Assembly: GCA_048885865.1 (NCBI GenBank)
Contig: JBHLLF010000022.1
Coordinates: forward strand, 1-48,396
DNA: 48,396 nt
Reading direction: 5' to 3'
Origin: Candidatus Hermodarchaeota archaeon
GTDB lineage: Archaea; Asgardarchaeota; Thorarchaeia; Thorarchaeales; Thorarchaeaceae
Shown here in pieces: positions 1 to 10,200 of the stretch. The notes beneath the pieces were generated by a model. The model saw nothing but the letters and a program-made list of their open reading frames with translations. It was not told the origin of the DNA and searched no databases. Made by a program: the position numbers and the translations under genes. Numbering within the stretch: position 1 is the first letter of the stretch; every line of letters starts with the position of its first letter.

Positions 1-3000
1 ATAGATCTTGAAGTATAACCTGTTGAACTGACAGAACACCATCATGATAGGAGCATTTGAAGACCAAGACATGTATGCTATGTCATTGTCGCCCCTGACA
101 GTTTCTCTATAGACCTCGTTGTTTATGTTATTCCCCTGCCGGGTTGTAATAAGGGGCACAATTGGGTAGTTGGGTGAAGAGGTCACTACATCAACCTTGA
201 TGAAGTTCTCTCCTGTTCCAGTCCACTCCCAGATATCGAAGCCCTTTGTATGACCAATAATGATTTCTTGCTTCGAGTCATAGTCCTGATCATCTATAGC
301 GACACTCGTGATTGGATTCCAAGTTGTGACGTTGGCTGGAGCCTCCCATAGCTTTCCAAAGCTAGCGCCACGCCATTCATACACTGCCACAAAGCCATCC
401 TCACGAATCAGGGTTGTGTTGATTCTGCCTCCAATGACTATCTCGCCACGTCCGTCCTCATCAAGATCGCTGAGCGCGAGTGTATCGATCCAAGCCTCCT
501 TGAAGTCTTCATGTGCACCATTGCCGACGAGATACGCAGGACCCTCAAGATTGACACTTCTCATGAAGTATTCATACTGGTAGGTCCATGTGTTATATGG
601 AATGTTATACACGAACAGGAATGGCCCAACTGCGATGATGAGTTCATTCTCACCATTGAGGTCGAAGTCGTCACCCATTCCCAAAGCTGTGACCTCGGTG
701 GCATGCTCAAAGTCATCAGCCTCGACTGACGGATTGTCTCGCATATCAAATGTATAGGCAAGGTCATATGTATCATCAATGCCCGTGTCCTCGAAGACAT
801 AGACCTGCAGCCCTGCTGCTGCAATCAGTTCCTTTAGTCCATCATCATCGATGTCGCAGTCAGCCAGTATGTACTTCACATGGTCCCAAATCACACGATT
901 GAAGGTGCCTGATATTCCTTCGAGCTCCTCCCACATGTAGGGACTCGTATCAGAGACCTCGGTGTGGTTGATATCAAAAGACCTGAAGGCGCGTTTGTAG
1001 GTGTTGTTCAACATGTGTTCGAAGACGTAGATGTTATTATCATAGTCTCCTACAATCACCTCTCCCTTGCCATCAGCATCCACGTCGCCGGTCCTAACAG
1101 TCAGAGTCCAATCTTCAAGGTCGTCCTCTGTGTTCCAAGACTCCATGACATGGTAGCCGAAGTTGTTGCCGAAGTCATAGGCGCCATCATATTGGATTGC
1201 AAACTCCAATCGTTTCACCGTCGGATATGTTGCGACAATGTAGCTGCTTGATTGAGAATAGACTGGCCAGAAGATGTCTACATCGTTGGTGTCTTGTTTG
1301 AATGCCATAATTGTATACTCAGCATCCTGGAATGTTTCCATATCTGAGTTGACATCGTACCAGTAGTCTTGCATCAGACCCCAGCCCATGGGAGCTACTC
1401 GAATATCGGTGTAATGGTTGAACTTCAGATTGGTCTCGGGTCGCGTATTAGAGAATAGCTTCTTTGTTTTCACCCATTTGGGAACTTCTGCTGTCCCATC
1501 ATTTAGATAGCAAGTTGCTCCTTCTCTTCTATCATAGCTTAGGATGAGATCCTGTTCACCGTCCTTATTGATGTCCCACATTTCCGGCTGACCCCAATAG
1601 TCATTCATCTCTTCCTCAGTATTTAGAGATGCAAAGTATCCTGGGACCATTCGGAATCTGGACCAGCCGTCCTCTTGGTATCCAATGTTCTCACAATAGT
1701 AGAGGAACCCGGTGGATAGTATCATGTCTAAGTCGAAGTCGCCATCCCAATCCCCGAACTTCATCCGAGGTACCGTCTTTGCATTGGATAGCGCGACTAC
1801 AATATCGCCGGTGTCATCAAGATCAGCCATAGTCTTGTAGTTGAGTGTTTCATACGGGACATCAGTGGCGGCTCTCTCGAAGAAGTAGATATCTGCAATC
1901 TGATCTGCTATATTCCACCCATATTGACTATCAATCTCAAAATTCGGATCGAATACTCCTACTACAGCTAATGACTGTGGTCCCAGAAACGGATTCTGCA
2001 AGACTGCGGTTTCCACAGTCGCATTCGCATCCGGACCAACCGCCGCAGTAATCTCCGTCTCTATATCGTTGAAATAGGCGGTTCTTACTGGGTCTAGGAG
2101 GAAGGTGGGTCCTTCGAGTCCCAGACCGATTTCAAACACACGTATGGAATGGCGGTCATCTACAACTATTGCTTCATGGGGATATGTTGATCCAACTACT
2201 TCCCAGAACTCCATGTCGGAGAGAGTCCAGTGTCCGTAGGGGCCTGGAAACGGATTCATAACATGGTTTCCAGCACCCTCTATGAATAGCGGGAAGTTGG
2301 TGGTCGACCCTGTATATACAATGTCCCACACGTTATCGCCGAGTGTGTAGAATTCATCTCGTGAGGAGTCCCACATGAGGTCATACTCGTCTGTAACACC
2401 GTTCCAAGAGAAGGCATAGAAATTGCCAACCACGTCCGAAACGATTAATCTGTCGGGTTCATTAGGTGGGCCATAGATGTTGAAATTCTCTGGTAGAGGA
2501 CCAATCTCTACAGAGAGCGCAGTTGCGAGCTGAGTATAGACCTGTTGCAGTTCTATGGAGTCAATAGCATAGAGCTCTCCATTGTATGCTATAATCTCAA
2601 GATAGCGGAACCAGTCCCATCTCTTTTCACTGAGAACATCATCCACATCAACAAAGAGATACTCGCCAAAAGCAAACATCCGAGACATGTCAATCTGTTC
2701 AAGGTGAGTGCTTGACTGTCCGATCGAAATATTCAGACTGAAGACACTTGGCGGGTTGATTGGCGAGAACTTGAGGATGATATCCCAATCAGCACTTGCG
2801 CTACCAGTGCCCTCCTCATCCTTTCCGAAATCAATGAGAGCAGTTGCATTCGGAGCCAGATCTGCTCTGAACCACGAGTAGTTGAAATCTGATGAATTAG
2901 CCATTGCTGTATTGTATGGATAGGCAGGCGTGTCCGGTTCAAATACTCCTGCGCCCATGTATATGTATTCTATAGGCTCACTCATTGGAGTCCCATTTGT

Positions 3001-4215
3001 CATGTAGCTAGTTACATTGTTAGCTCTGACAAGTGAATCAGCCCAGAAATCAAGACGCCAAGGAGCGACTTCTGATGTCTGCCAAGCATCCCAGGGTCGA
3101 AACACTTTGTGGTAGTCATATCGTTGATAGAACTCATCCCAATTAAGCACAAAGACACCTTGTCCCTGAGCAACCAAGGCAATCTCTTCTCCAGGAGTTC
3201 CGTCAAGCTCTCCTACTTTCATGTCCAAAATTGGCGTCCAAGTGTAATTCTCGCTTGTCCATACCAGTTTGTAGTTGTTGTCATTTATGAGAGGGAATGG
3301 CTCACCGTTTATCATCAGATGGATTCCGTCATTCTCAAACACATAGACTCGTCCCTCACGTGTACCAGCTATTATCTCTGGCAAACCATTGAAGTTCGTA
3401 TCTCCGTATCCTATAGTGTAGATTCTCCCATCGATAGACATGTTTGAGTTCCAGACCTCCCGGAACGATATCCAGTGCTCCTCTGAGAATGGATAATTGG
3501 AGTGGTCATCGTACTCGAAGCATCTGACCTTGCCGTCCCATCCACCGATGATGATATCCTCTCGGTAGTCACGGTCAGCGTCGTAGATCTTCACATCGAA
3601 TGCTCTGAAAGTATGAGGACTAGTCCAGACATGGTCGAACATGTTCTCAGTATTGGCCTGTGGGTCGTAGATGTGCCTCTGCTCGAACAGGTAGACAAAC
3701 CCATCAGCACTCGCCGCAGCCACCTCTATGAAGTCATTCAGATCTGTATCTCCCCAAGCAAGGGAGAATACATCCGAGCGCAGCAAGCTGTCACCAGAGT
3801 CCCAGACCTTGTCGAAATCACCGGTCTCAGGATTCAAACGCCAGATGTGGACTTCATTGTCGTAGAGATAGCCTCCTCCCAACGCTAGGAAGCCTGTTGG
3901 CTCATGGAACGCAACCGCATGTATTGCGGCCTTTGTCTTCCAGGGTTCAAATATAGTCTGGTAGTTGTTCTCCTTGTCTTGAAGTACAAGACCTATGTCC
4001 ACGTTCTCGTTGATGCCTGGTTCAGTGTCTTGGGCCAGTGAATTGAAGACATCATTTGGAAAGTTATCAATGTCGATGTCCATTATGTCCCCTGAATCAG
4101 CGGACGCCATGTTATGCGCTTGATTCATTGTGGGTACGGCTGGCACTACACTGAACATACCAATCGTCATCACTGCGATCGCAAACATGGTCATTAGTAC
4201 GTATCTAGCCTTCAT
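1..4215 (-). CDS. Large secreted FG-GAP/VCBS-repeat (integrin-alpha-like) beta-propeller protein, >1405 aa, 3' end beyond window
   Basis: ATG at 4215, 1 nt after the upstream TAA. Manual translation gives MKARYVLMTMFAIAVMTIGMFSVVPA (signal peptide) then repeated DxDxDG-type blades: GDTDLNDFIEV, YDADRDYREDII, GDTNFNGLPEII, GELDGTPGEEI, FGDWDGDFDLDM, WDINKDGEQDL, GDVDADGKGEVI, DIDDDGLKELI, DFDLNGENELI, SDLDEDGRGEI, DQDYDSKQEII. The frame reads open at position 1, and absence from the ORF track is consistent with no stop in the window. Confidence 0.9.
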   Translation of the reverse strand, partial: MKARYVLMTMFAIAVMTIGMFSVVPAVPTMNQAHNMASADSGDIMDIDIDNFPNDVFNSLAQDTEPGINENVDIGLVLQDKENNYQTIFEPWKTKAAIHAVAFHEPTGFLALGGGYLYDNEVHIWRLNPETGDFDKVWDSGDSLLRSDVFSLAWGDTDLNDFIEVAAASADGFVYLFEQRHIYDPQANTENMFDHVWTSPHTFRAFDVKIYDADRDYREDIIIGGWDGKVRCFEYDDHSNYPFSEEHWISFREVWNSNMSIDGRIYTIGYGDTNFNGLPEIIAGTREGRVYVFENDGIHLMINGEPFPLINDNNYKLVWTSENYTWTPILDMKVGELDGTPGEEIALVAQGQGVFVLNWDEFYQRYDYHKVFRPWDAWQTSEVAPWRLDFWADSLVRANNVTSYMTNGTPMSEPIEYIYMGAGVFEPDTPAYPYNTAMANSSDFNYSWFRADLAPNATALIDFGKDEEGTGSASADWDIILKFSPINPPSVFSLNISIGQSSTHLEQIDMSRMFAFGEYLFVDVDDVLSEKRWDWFRYLEIIAYNGELYAIDSIELQQVYTQLATALSVEIGPLPENFNIYGPPNEPDRLIVSDVVGNFYAFSWNGVTDEYDLMWDSSRDEFYTLGDNVWDIVYTGSTTNFPLFIEGAGNHVMNPFPGPYGHWTLSDMEFWEVVGSTYPHEAIVVDDRHSIRVFEIGLGLEGPTFLLDPVRTAYFNDIETEITAAVGPDANATVETAVLQNPFLGPQSLAVVGVFDPNFEIDSQYGWNIADQIADIYFFERAATDVPYETLNYKTMADLDDTGDIVVALSNAKTVPRMKFGDWDGDFDLDMILSTGFLYYCENIGYQEDGWSRFRMVPGYFASLNTEEEMNDYWGQPEMWDINKDGEQDLILSYDRREGATCYLNDGTAEVPKWVKTKKLFSNTRPETNLKFNHYTDIRVAPMGWGLMQDYWYDVNSDMETFQDAEYTIMAFKQDTNDVDIFWPVYSQSSSYIVATYPTVKRLEFAIQYDGAYDFGNNFGYHVMESWNTEDDLEDWTLTVRTGDVDADGKGEVIVGDYDNNIYVFEHMLNNTYKRAFRSFDINHTEVSDTSPYMWEELEGISGTFNRVIWDHVKYILADCDIDDDGLKELIAAAGLQVYVFEDTGIDDTYDLAYTFDMRDNPSVEADDFEHATEVTALGMGDDFDLNGENELIIAVGPFLFVYNIPYNTWTYQYEYFMRSVNLEGPAYLVGNGAHEDFKEAWIDTLALSDLDEDGRGEIVIGGRINTTLIREDGFVAVYEWRGASFGKLWEAPANVTTWNPITSVAIDDQDYDSKQEIIIGHTKGFDIWEWTGTGENFIKVDVVTSSPNYPIVPLITTRQGNNINNEVYRETVRGDNDIAYMSWSSNAPIMMVFCQFNRLYFKIY

Positions 4216-4216
4216 A

Positions 4217-7200
4217 TTACCGCCCTCCTCCTTCGCCCTTCTTCGGGCCTGTTTTCTTCTTTATCTCCTTTTCAGAGGTCTTCGTCTTCTTTGGTTTCGC
4301 TTTCGCGTCCTTCTCTTTCTTAACCTCTTTAGCAGCATCAGCCCTCGCTCGCCTCATCCACAATCGGCGGCCAACCCTGCTCCACCAGCCCCTTCTATGG
4401 CCGACATAGCCTATGAGTACCGTTCCGAACACGGCTCCAGCTGCGATTCCAACCAACAGCCATGGAAACGGCGTCTCACCTGGTTGGACGATGAACCACA
4501 CAGTCTGTGCGTGGATGACTCCAGTGTTGTTTCGACCAAACACCTCCAGCGTGATGTTGCCGGGATCCCATCTGTGGTCGATACTCCTCCATTGTCCTGC
4601 AGCTGCATGGTATTCCAAGGAGATGTTGCCAACCCATCCAGTACCATTGTCATACTTGTAACGGAACCACATTTCTTGGAATGGCGTGAAGTTTGCCACT
4701 GCCACCTGGGCGTCTTGATAGACCTCCTGCTCGGCAGTCGGCAAGAGAATCATCATGCTGCGCTGGCCTCGCTCCACCGCCAGTGCCAGGTCGAACTCTT
4801 GGTTAGACGTGAAGGCCAACGGGTCAAGCCCTAGAACAATTTCTAAGCCGTCCGAATAACCGTCGCCGTCGCTATCCATTTTGGCCGGGTCGGTGCCATA
4901 GATGTAGTATTCATCGCCATCCAAAATTCCGTCCATGTCAGAATCGGGGTTGAGGAATCCGCCGCCCCAGGTTCCCTGGAGACCTATATGAAACTCAATC
5001 CCATCCGGCAATGCATCAAGGTCTGTGTCAAACTCATAGGTATCAGCTATGCCGTCGTTATCGCTATCAACATCCATGGGATCGGTCTCATAGTACAGCA
5101 CTTCAGCCCCGTCCGGCAAGAAATCGCCGTCGCTGTCCGGGTTCGTCGCATCCGTTGGATACATTGGCTGTGCAGGGAAGAACGCCGCTGGTGGCATATC
5201 CGATAAGGCAAACGGCGGCACATAGCCGCCTATGGTCCCGTTATCGCCTGTTCCTATCCCAGTCGACCAATTGGTGGGCGGCCATGGGCCCCACGGCCAA
5301 ATCTCATACAGCGTCTCCTCATTATCTAGGAGCCCATCACCGTCGCTATCATCCCGTAAAGCTGACGTGTTGTAGACCCATATCTCCCACCAGTCTAGAA
5401 TTGTGTCATTGTCAGTATCATTTGACCTCGGGTTGCTTGTGAAAACAATCGCTTCCTGGTAATCTGTTAAGGAATCATTGTCAGTGTCCATCAAGACAGG
5501 AGATGTGTTGAATCTGTAGATAATAGTGATCGCTCTGTACGGATAGATGAGCCCTGACACATTGGCGAGCATCATTTCTGATCCGTCGATCAGCCAATCA
5601 TCATCTGTATCCTTGTCCAAAGGATTGACAGGGATTGGGTCAAGCCACGGAGCTACCGGTCTCGGGCTGGTTCCCATATATAGAGTCCAGCCTCCAACGT
5701 AGAGCTCGATGGCATCGTCCAAACCATCCATGTCAGAATCTGGTCCTGTGGCGTTAGTGCCCCAGATCATGACCTCGTCGTAGTCCGACATAGGCCACGT
5801 CATCTCGCCGTACTCATTCGGTTCCCGGATGGAGTCATGATCCGTATCCCAATTGAGGGGATCCGTATCATAGACCAGAATCTCGTCGCCATCGCTAAGT
5901 CCATCTCCGTCAGTATCGTAGACAAACGCCAACGTGTAGTAGATGAAGAACTCTTCAAAATCTGTGAGACCGTCGTTATCCGAATCCTCATCCATCGGAT
6001 CACTTCCGGTGATGAGAACCTCATATCCGTCCATCAAATGATCGCCGTCGCTATCGTCCGCCATTGGATTGCTGTGCCAGAAGTATAGCTCCTCGCCATC
6101 TGAGAGGCCGTCGAAGTCACTATCCCAAAGGGTCGGTGAAGTGCCGTAGATGAAGAATTCATCGCCGTCTGAGACCATATCCAGATCTGTATCAGGCGAG
6201 AGAGGATCGGTGCCTAGAAGGATGTCCATCATGTCCGGAAGTCCATCGTCGTCCGTGTCTGGGTCCAGGTAGAATGTGTGGTTGCTGTCCTGCCTGAGAA
6301 CGCCCTCCAACCCGTCGATGAGTCCGTCGTCGTCGCTATCTCCATCAGTCGGGTCACTTGGCGGGTCTTGAGCAAGCTCGTAGCCGTCAGAGTTCAGCCA
6401 GGCACCTGGAGGTGGATTGGTGCGCTCTTCAGGAGAAACGCCAGTATCGCCATCAGTATCAGGATTACAAGGATTGGTGTACACATGCTTCTCGTATGGT
6501 TCACCCTCATCATCATAGAGGATGATGGTAAATCCTGCAACCTCGTTGCCATCACTCATCGGGTAGGGCTCGCCCTCATGGCCATCTGGTTCTAGAATTA
6601 TATCATCGACAAGTTGCATGTCAATCCAGCCGTCATATAGCTGGAGCCACGAGTCGTCGTCAGTATCGGCATCGAGCGGATGCGTGTATCCGTTGTTGAA
6701 GATGAGTGGTGCTGGGTCAAAGCCTGAGCCCTCTGTGTCGTTGTATAGGGAGTCGAGACCGTAGTATGCGCCTCCAGGGCCCTCCTGGCCATCTAGGAGC
6801 CCATCTGAGTCTGTATCAGGATTCAATGGATCTGTATGGTCGTCGTACTTGACGCCGCCGATGGTGACATACTCAACGGTCGGGGTCTGGGTCAAGTTCC
6901 AGCGTGTATAGACCTCATACGCATCTGTCAAATGGTCGCCGTCTGTGTCTTGCGTTAATGGATCCGTACCGTAAATCTTGACCTCTTCATGATCAGTCAA
7001 ATCGTCCCAGTCAGAATCCGGCCAGAGGACGTTTGTTCCAAGCTCCCATTCTTCTCCGTCCAAAAGCCCATCGAAATCTGTGTCTGGTATGACCGGGTCG
7101 GAGCCTATAGTCTGGACCTCGAGTTTATCATCAGCCCCGTCATCGTCGGTATCGACCTTCTGCCAGTCGAGTCCGGGTATTTCCTTTTCGTACTCATCTG

Positions 7201-10200
7201 ATAATCCATCATTATCCGTATCAAACCCGACTCCAGACTCCTCGTATTCTTGAGTGCCCTTCGAAGGGCTGAGGTCCCAGGGGCCGCCAGGCTCCCAGGT
7301 CCATGAGTCCCCTTCCTCGAAGAACAGGAAGCGGAACGTGACCTCTACTGTGAATAACAGTCGTAACGTTATCTTCATGGGCGCTGAGGACGCAAAGTCT
7401 TGGAAGAACGTAAGTATGATCTCCATTGAGAGATCGATTATGATTGCCACAATAATGAGGTCGAGTGGTATGTGAACAGTGATGCCAAATGTGATGGCGA
7501 GAGTGAGAGTTGAGACCTCTGGTGCTGTGGCTGAAGCCGCCTTCTTTACAATGTCGAGCTCCACGGCAAGCATGAAGATGATCTTGATCATGTCAAGGCC
7601 AAGGAACTCCATGATTGCAGCCAGAGCGCCGCCACCCAGTCCAGCGGTGAAAATGTCAATGAGTGTGAACTCCTTGCTCAGAGTGATCTTGATGTGAAGA
7701 CCCCACTCAACAACCTTCATGAAGTCCTCGAACGCGAACATGCCGTTCTTGAAGGTGAAGAGGTTGAGGACGAACTTGGCGCTGCCCTCAAAGGCTAGGT
7801 CAAGCCCGAGAAGACTCAGCAGCGTGCCCATGATTGCGTTCTTTGAGGAGTCGAAGCCGCCTACTCCAAGTTCGGCATAGAACTGCGGTGTTATCTCAAA
7901 GAATGAAAAGATGACTTTGAAGAATTCTCCCACATCGTCGATTGAGAACGTGCTACGGGCATCGAATATCAAGCTAGCAATCAGGTCAAACAGGGGCGTG
8001 AGGTCGATATCGAACTCAACACGTATACCCAATGAAATGCTGAGATCAAAGAGTGACCAATCGCCTAGACCAATTGGCAGAGTCGTGGAGTAACCAAGCA
8101 GGTCTGTAATGCCGGCGAAGAGTTCCTTGATGGTGTTCTCAAGGTCATCAAACACCGGATTGAGCAGTCCTCCTAACCAGTCGAAGAGCTTGCCCACAAG
8201 CCACTTCACACCACCTGTGAAGATATCCTTGACCTCCATGAAGAAGGTGAGCAGCTCGCGAAGGGTGTTGGAATCAAAGATGCTGTGCATCAGAGGTTCT
8301 ATGATGTTGAATATCTGATTCACGGTCTCTTGAGGACTGGGCATGGTCTGCGGGTCTAATCCAAAAGCCTTGGGGAAGAACTGTTGTAGGAGCTTCAATA
8401 CTGGGTCCAATGGGACATCATCAAAGTCAGGGATTGTCCCTAGAAGCATCCCTGCAGACATCAGGAGTCCTTGCATGATGCCCTGGAATGACTGACCCTT
8501 TGCCTCCTTGATGAGATTGATGACGCCGGCTGCAATCTCCGACAGCATCTCCAATTCATCTTGATAGGTGCTGAACACGTTCGAAGTGTCCATGAAGTCG
8601 ATAGCCTTCATGACCATGTCAGGAATCGAGCCTAGCTGTGATTGGAAGTCAGAGACCGTCTTGCCTACGAAATTCTTGAGAGCATCCGAGTCAGATACCA
8701 TTGCGATGATGCCAAGAACAGGACCGATGAGCTCGTCTATGGCTTCACCTAGGTCCTGCATCTGAGCAAGTGAAGCATACCCACCATGAGCATATCCAAA
8801 CTCATTGATCACACCGTGGGCAATCTCAAGAATGTCTGGCAGCTGGTTCTTGTTGAATCCTTCATTGTGGAATCCTGCAATCAGAGTGATGATGTCAACT
8901 ATCAGATTCTTCTGGTTGGTTGTGACAATACCAGATACAGCGCCATCAACGATTGTTAGCAGCTCGGACTTGAAAGCATTCACATCCGAGAGAGCACCCT
9001 CACTATAGGTCTTGACCACTGTAAGTAGACTCTGGGTGAGGGAATCAGCGCTCTGTGTTAGTCCTGAAGGCAAGAATTGATTGAGCATGTCAATGACGAG
9101 CTGCATCATGGTGGATGCTTCATAGGTATCAACTAGTTCTACTGCAGTCAGAGCCATCTCGATTACGGCCATGAGATTCGAAATTGCGGTCTCCAGACCG
9201 GTGGTCGAGAAGATGGAACTGAGTAAGTCATCACCCAATTCTGTGATGAATTTGACATAGTCCCCACTGGTTAGGAAGTTGACAGTTGCAGTCACAAAGT
9301 TGACCATTCGCGGAAGCAACGTAGAAATCTGAGGGGATGAAAGTCCTAGTGTGGCAGCTAGAGTCTTGTTCATCACGCCTTCAAGTGCTCTGTTTGTGAA
9401 GAAGCCAAATATCGCATCAAAGACACCTTTGCCCTCTGAAACTACTTCACTGACCAGGTCCCATAGCCCATCATTCACTCCAAGGATGTCAAAGAGAAAA
9501 TCAGTGACCTCTTCAGGGATAACATCAGGTAGCAATGCTACAACAAGATCCCACACAATCTCGAGAATATCGCTGATATCGCCTCTAAGGTTGAACAGAG
9601 CCTTGAGCATGATGTTCAGGTAGTCCTTGAACTCCTCGATGAATGGGAACTCTGATGCTAGAGCTTCGACCACGGACTTGAGAGGCGAGTCCAAGTCAAA
9701 GTCGCTAACTATCCCTACAATTGGCTCAATCACTTCGAAGGCAGACTGGATTGATTCGATTATGTTGGTCGGAATTGTAATCTCGGTCTGTCCTTCGTCA
9801 GCAAGAACTTCAAGGAGGATGTCTATGATATCCCCGATTGGTCCATTCAATGCTGAGAACAGAGGAATTTCTCCTAGACTGAAGTCGCTCGAAGTGACCT
9901 CTGCAGGAGAGCATAGACGTATGGCTGGAGAGAAGTCTTCGGGGAGATTATCGAGAGGAACTTCTGCAAGACTCCCGTCCTCCTGCATCTCGTAGGCCGC
10001 AGGTCTGATAATAGGAGCATGTCGCTCCCACATGTCTTCTGTTCTCTGAGCGAGGGCAAAAGCATCCTCCTCACCGACGAGGTCAACAGGCTCTAGAGTA
10101 CGCCTCACTAGAGTCTCCATGTTGTCCCCATACAGCTTAACAGCCATTGAACGAATGTCCTTTCCTGCATTCTCGTATTTGCTATTGATATGAGCCCTCT

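Noticed and set aside
1860-1930. Apparent frameshift in the propeller gene on first reading
   Set aside because: Recounting triplets gave a continuous frame (YGWNIADQIADIYFFER)
308-4834. Numerous short ORFs, mostly plus-strand (e.g. 4130..4834, 3502..3888)
   Set aside because: Shadows of the two long minus-strand genes; no motifs
4840-7224. Periodic DNA similarity as a CRISPR array or tandem DNA repeat
   Set aside because: The repeats are degenerate, in frame and conserved at protein level; no identical repeats or cas genes
9578-9586. RGD tripeptide in the TSP3 protein as an integrin-type ligand
   Set aside because: One RGD in ~2200 aa is unremarkable by chance and lies within a predicted helical region
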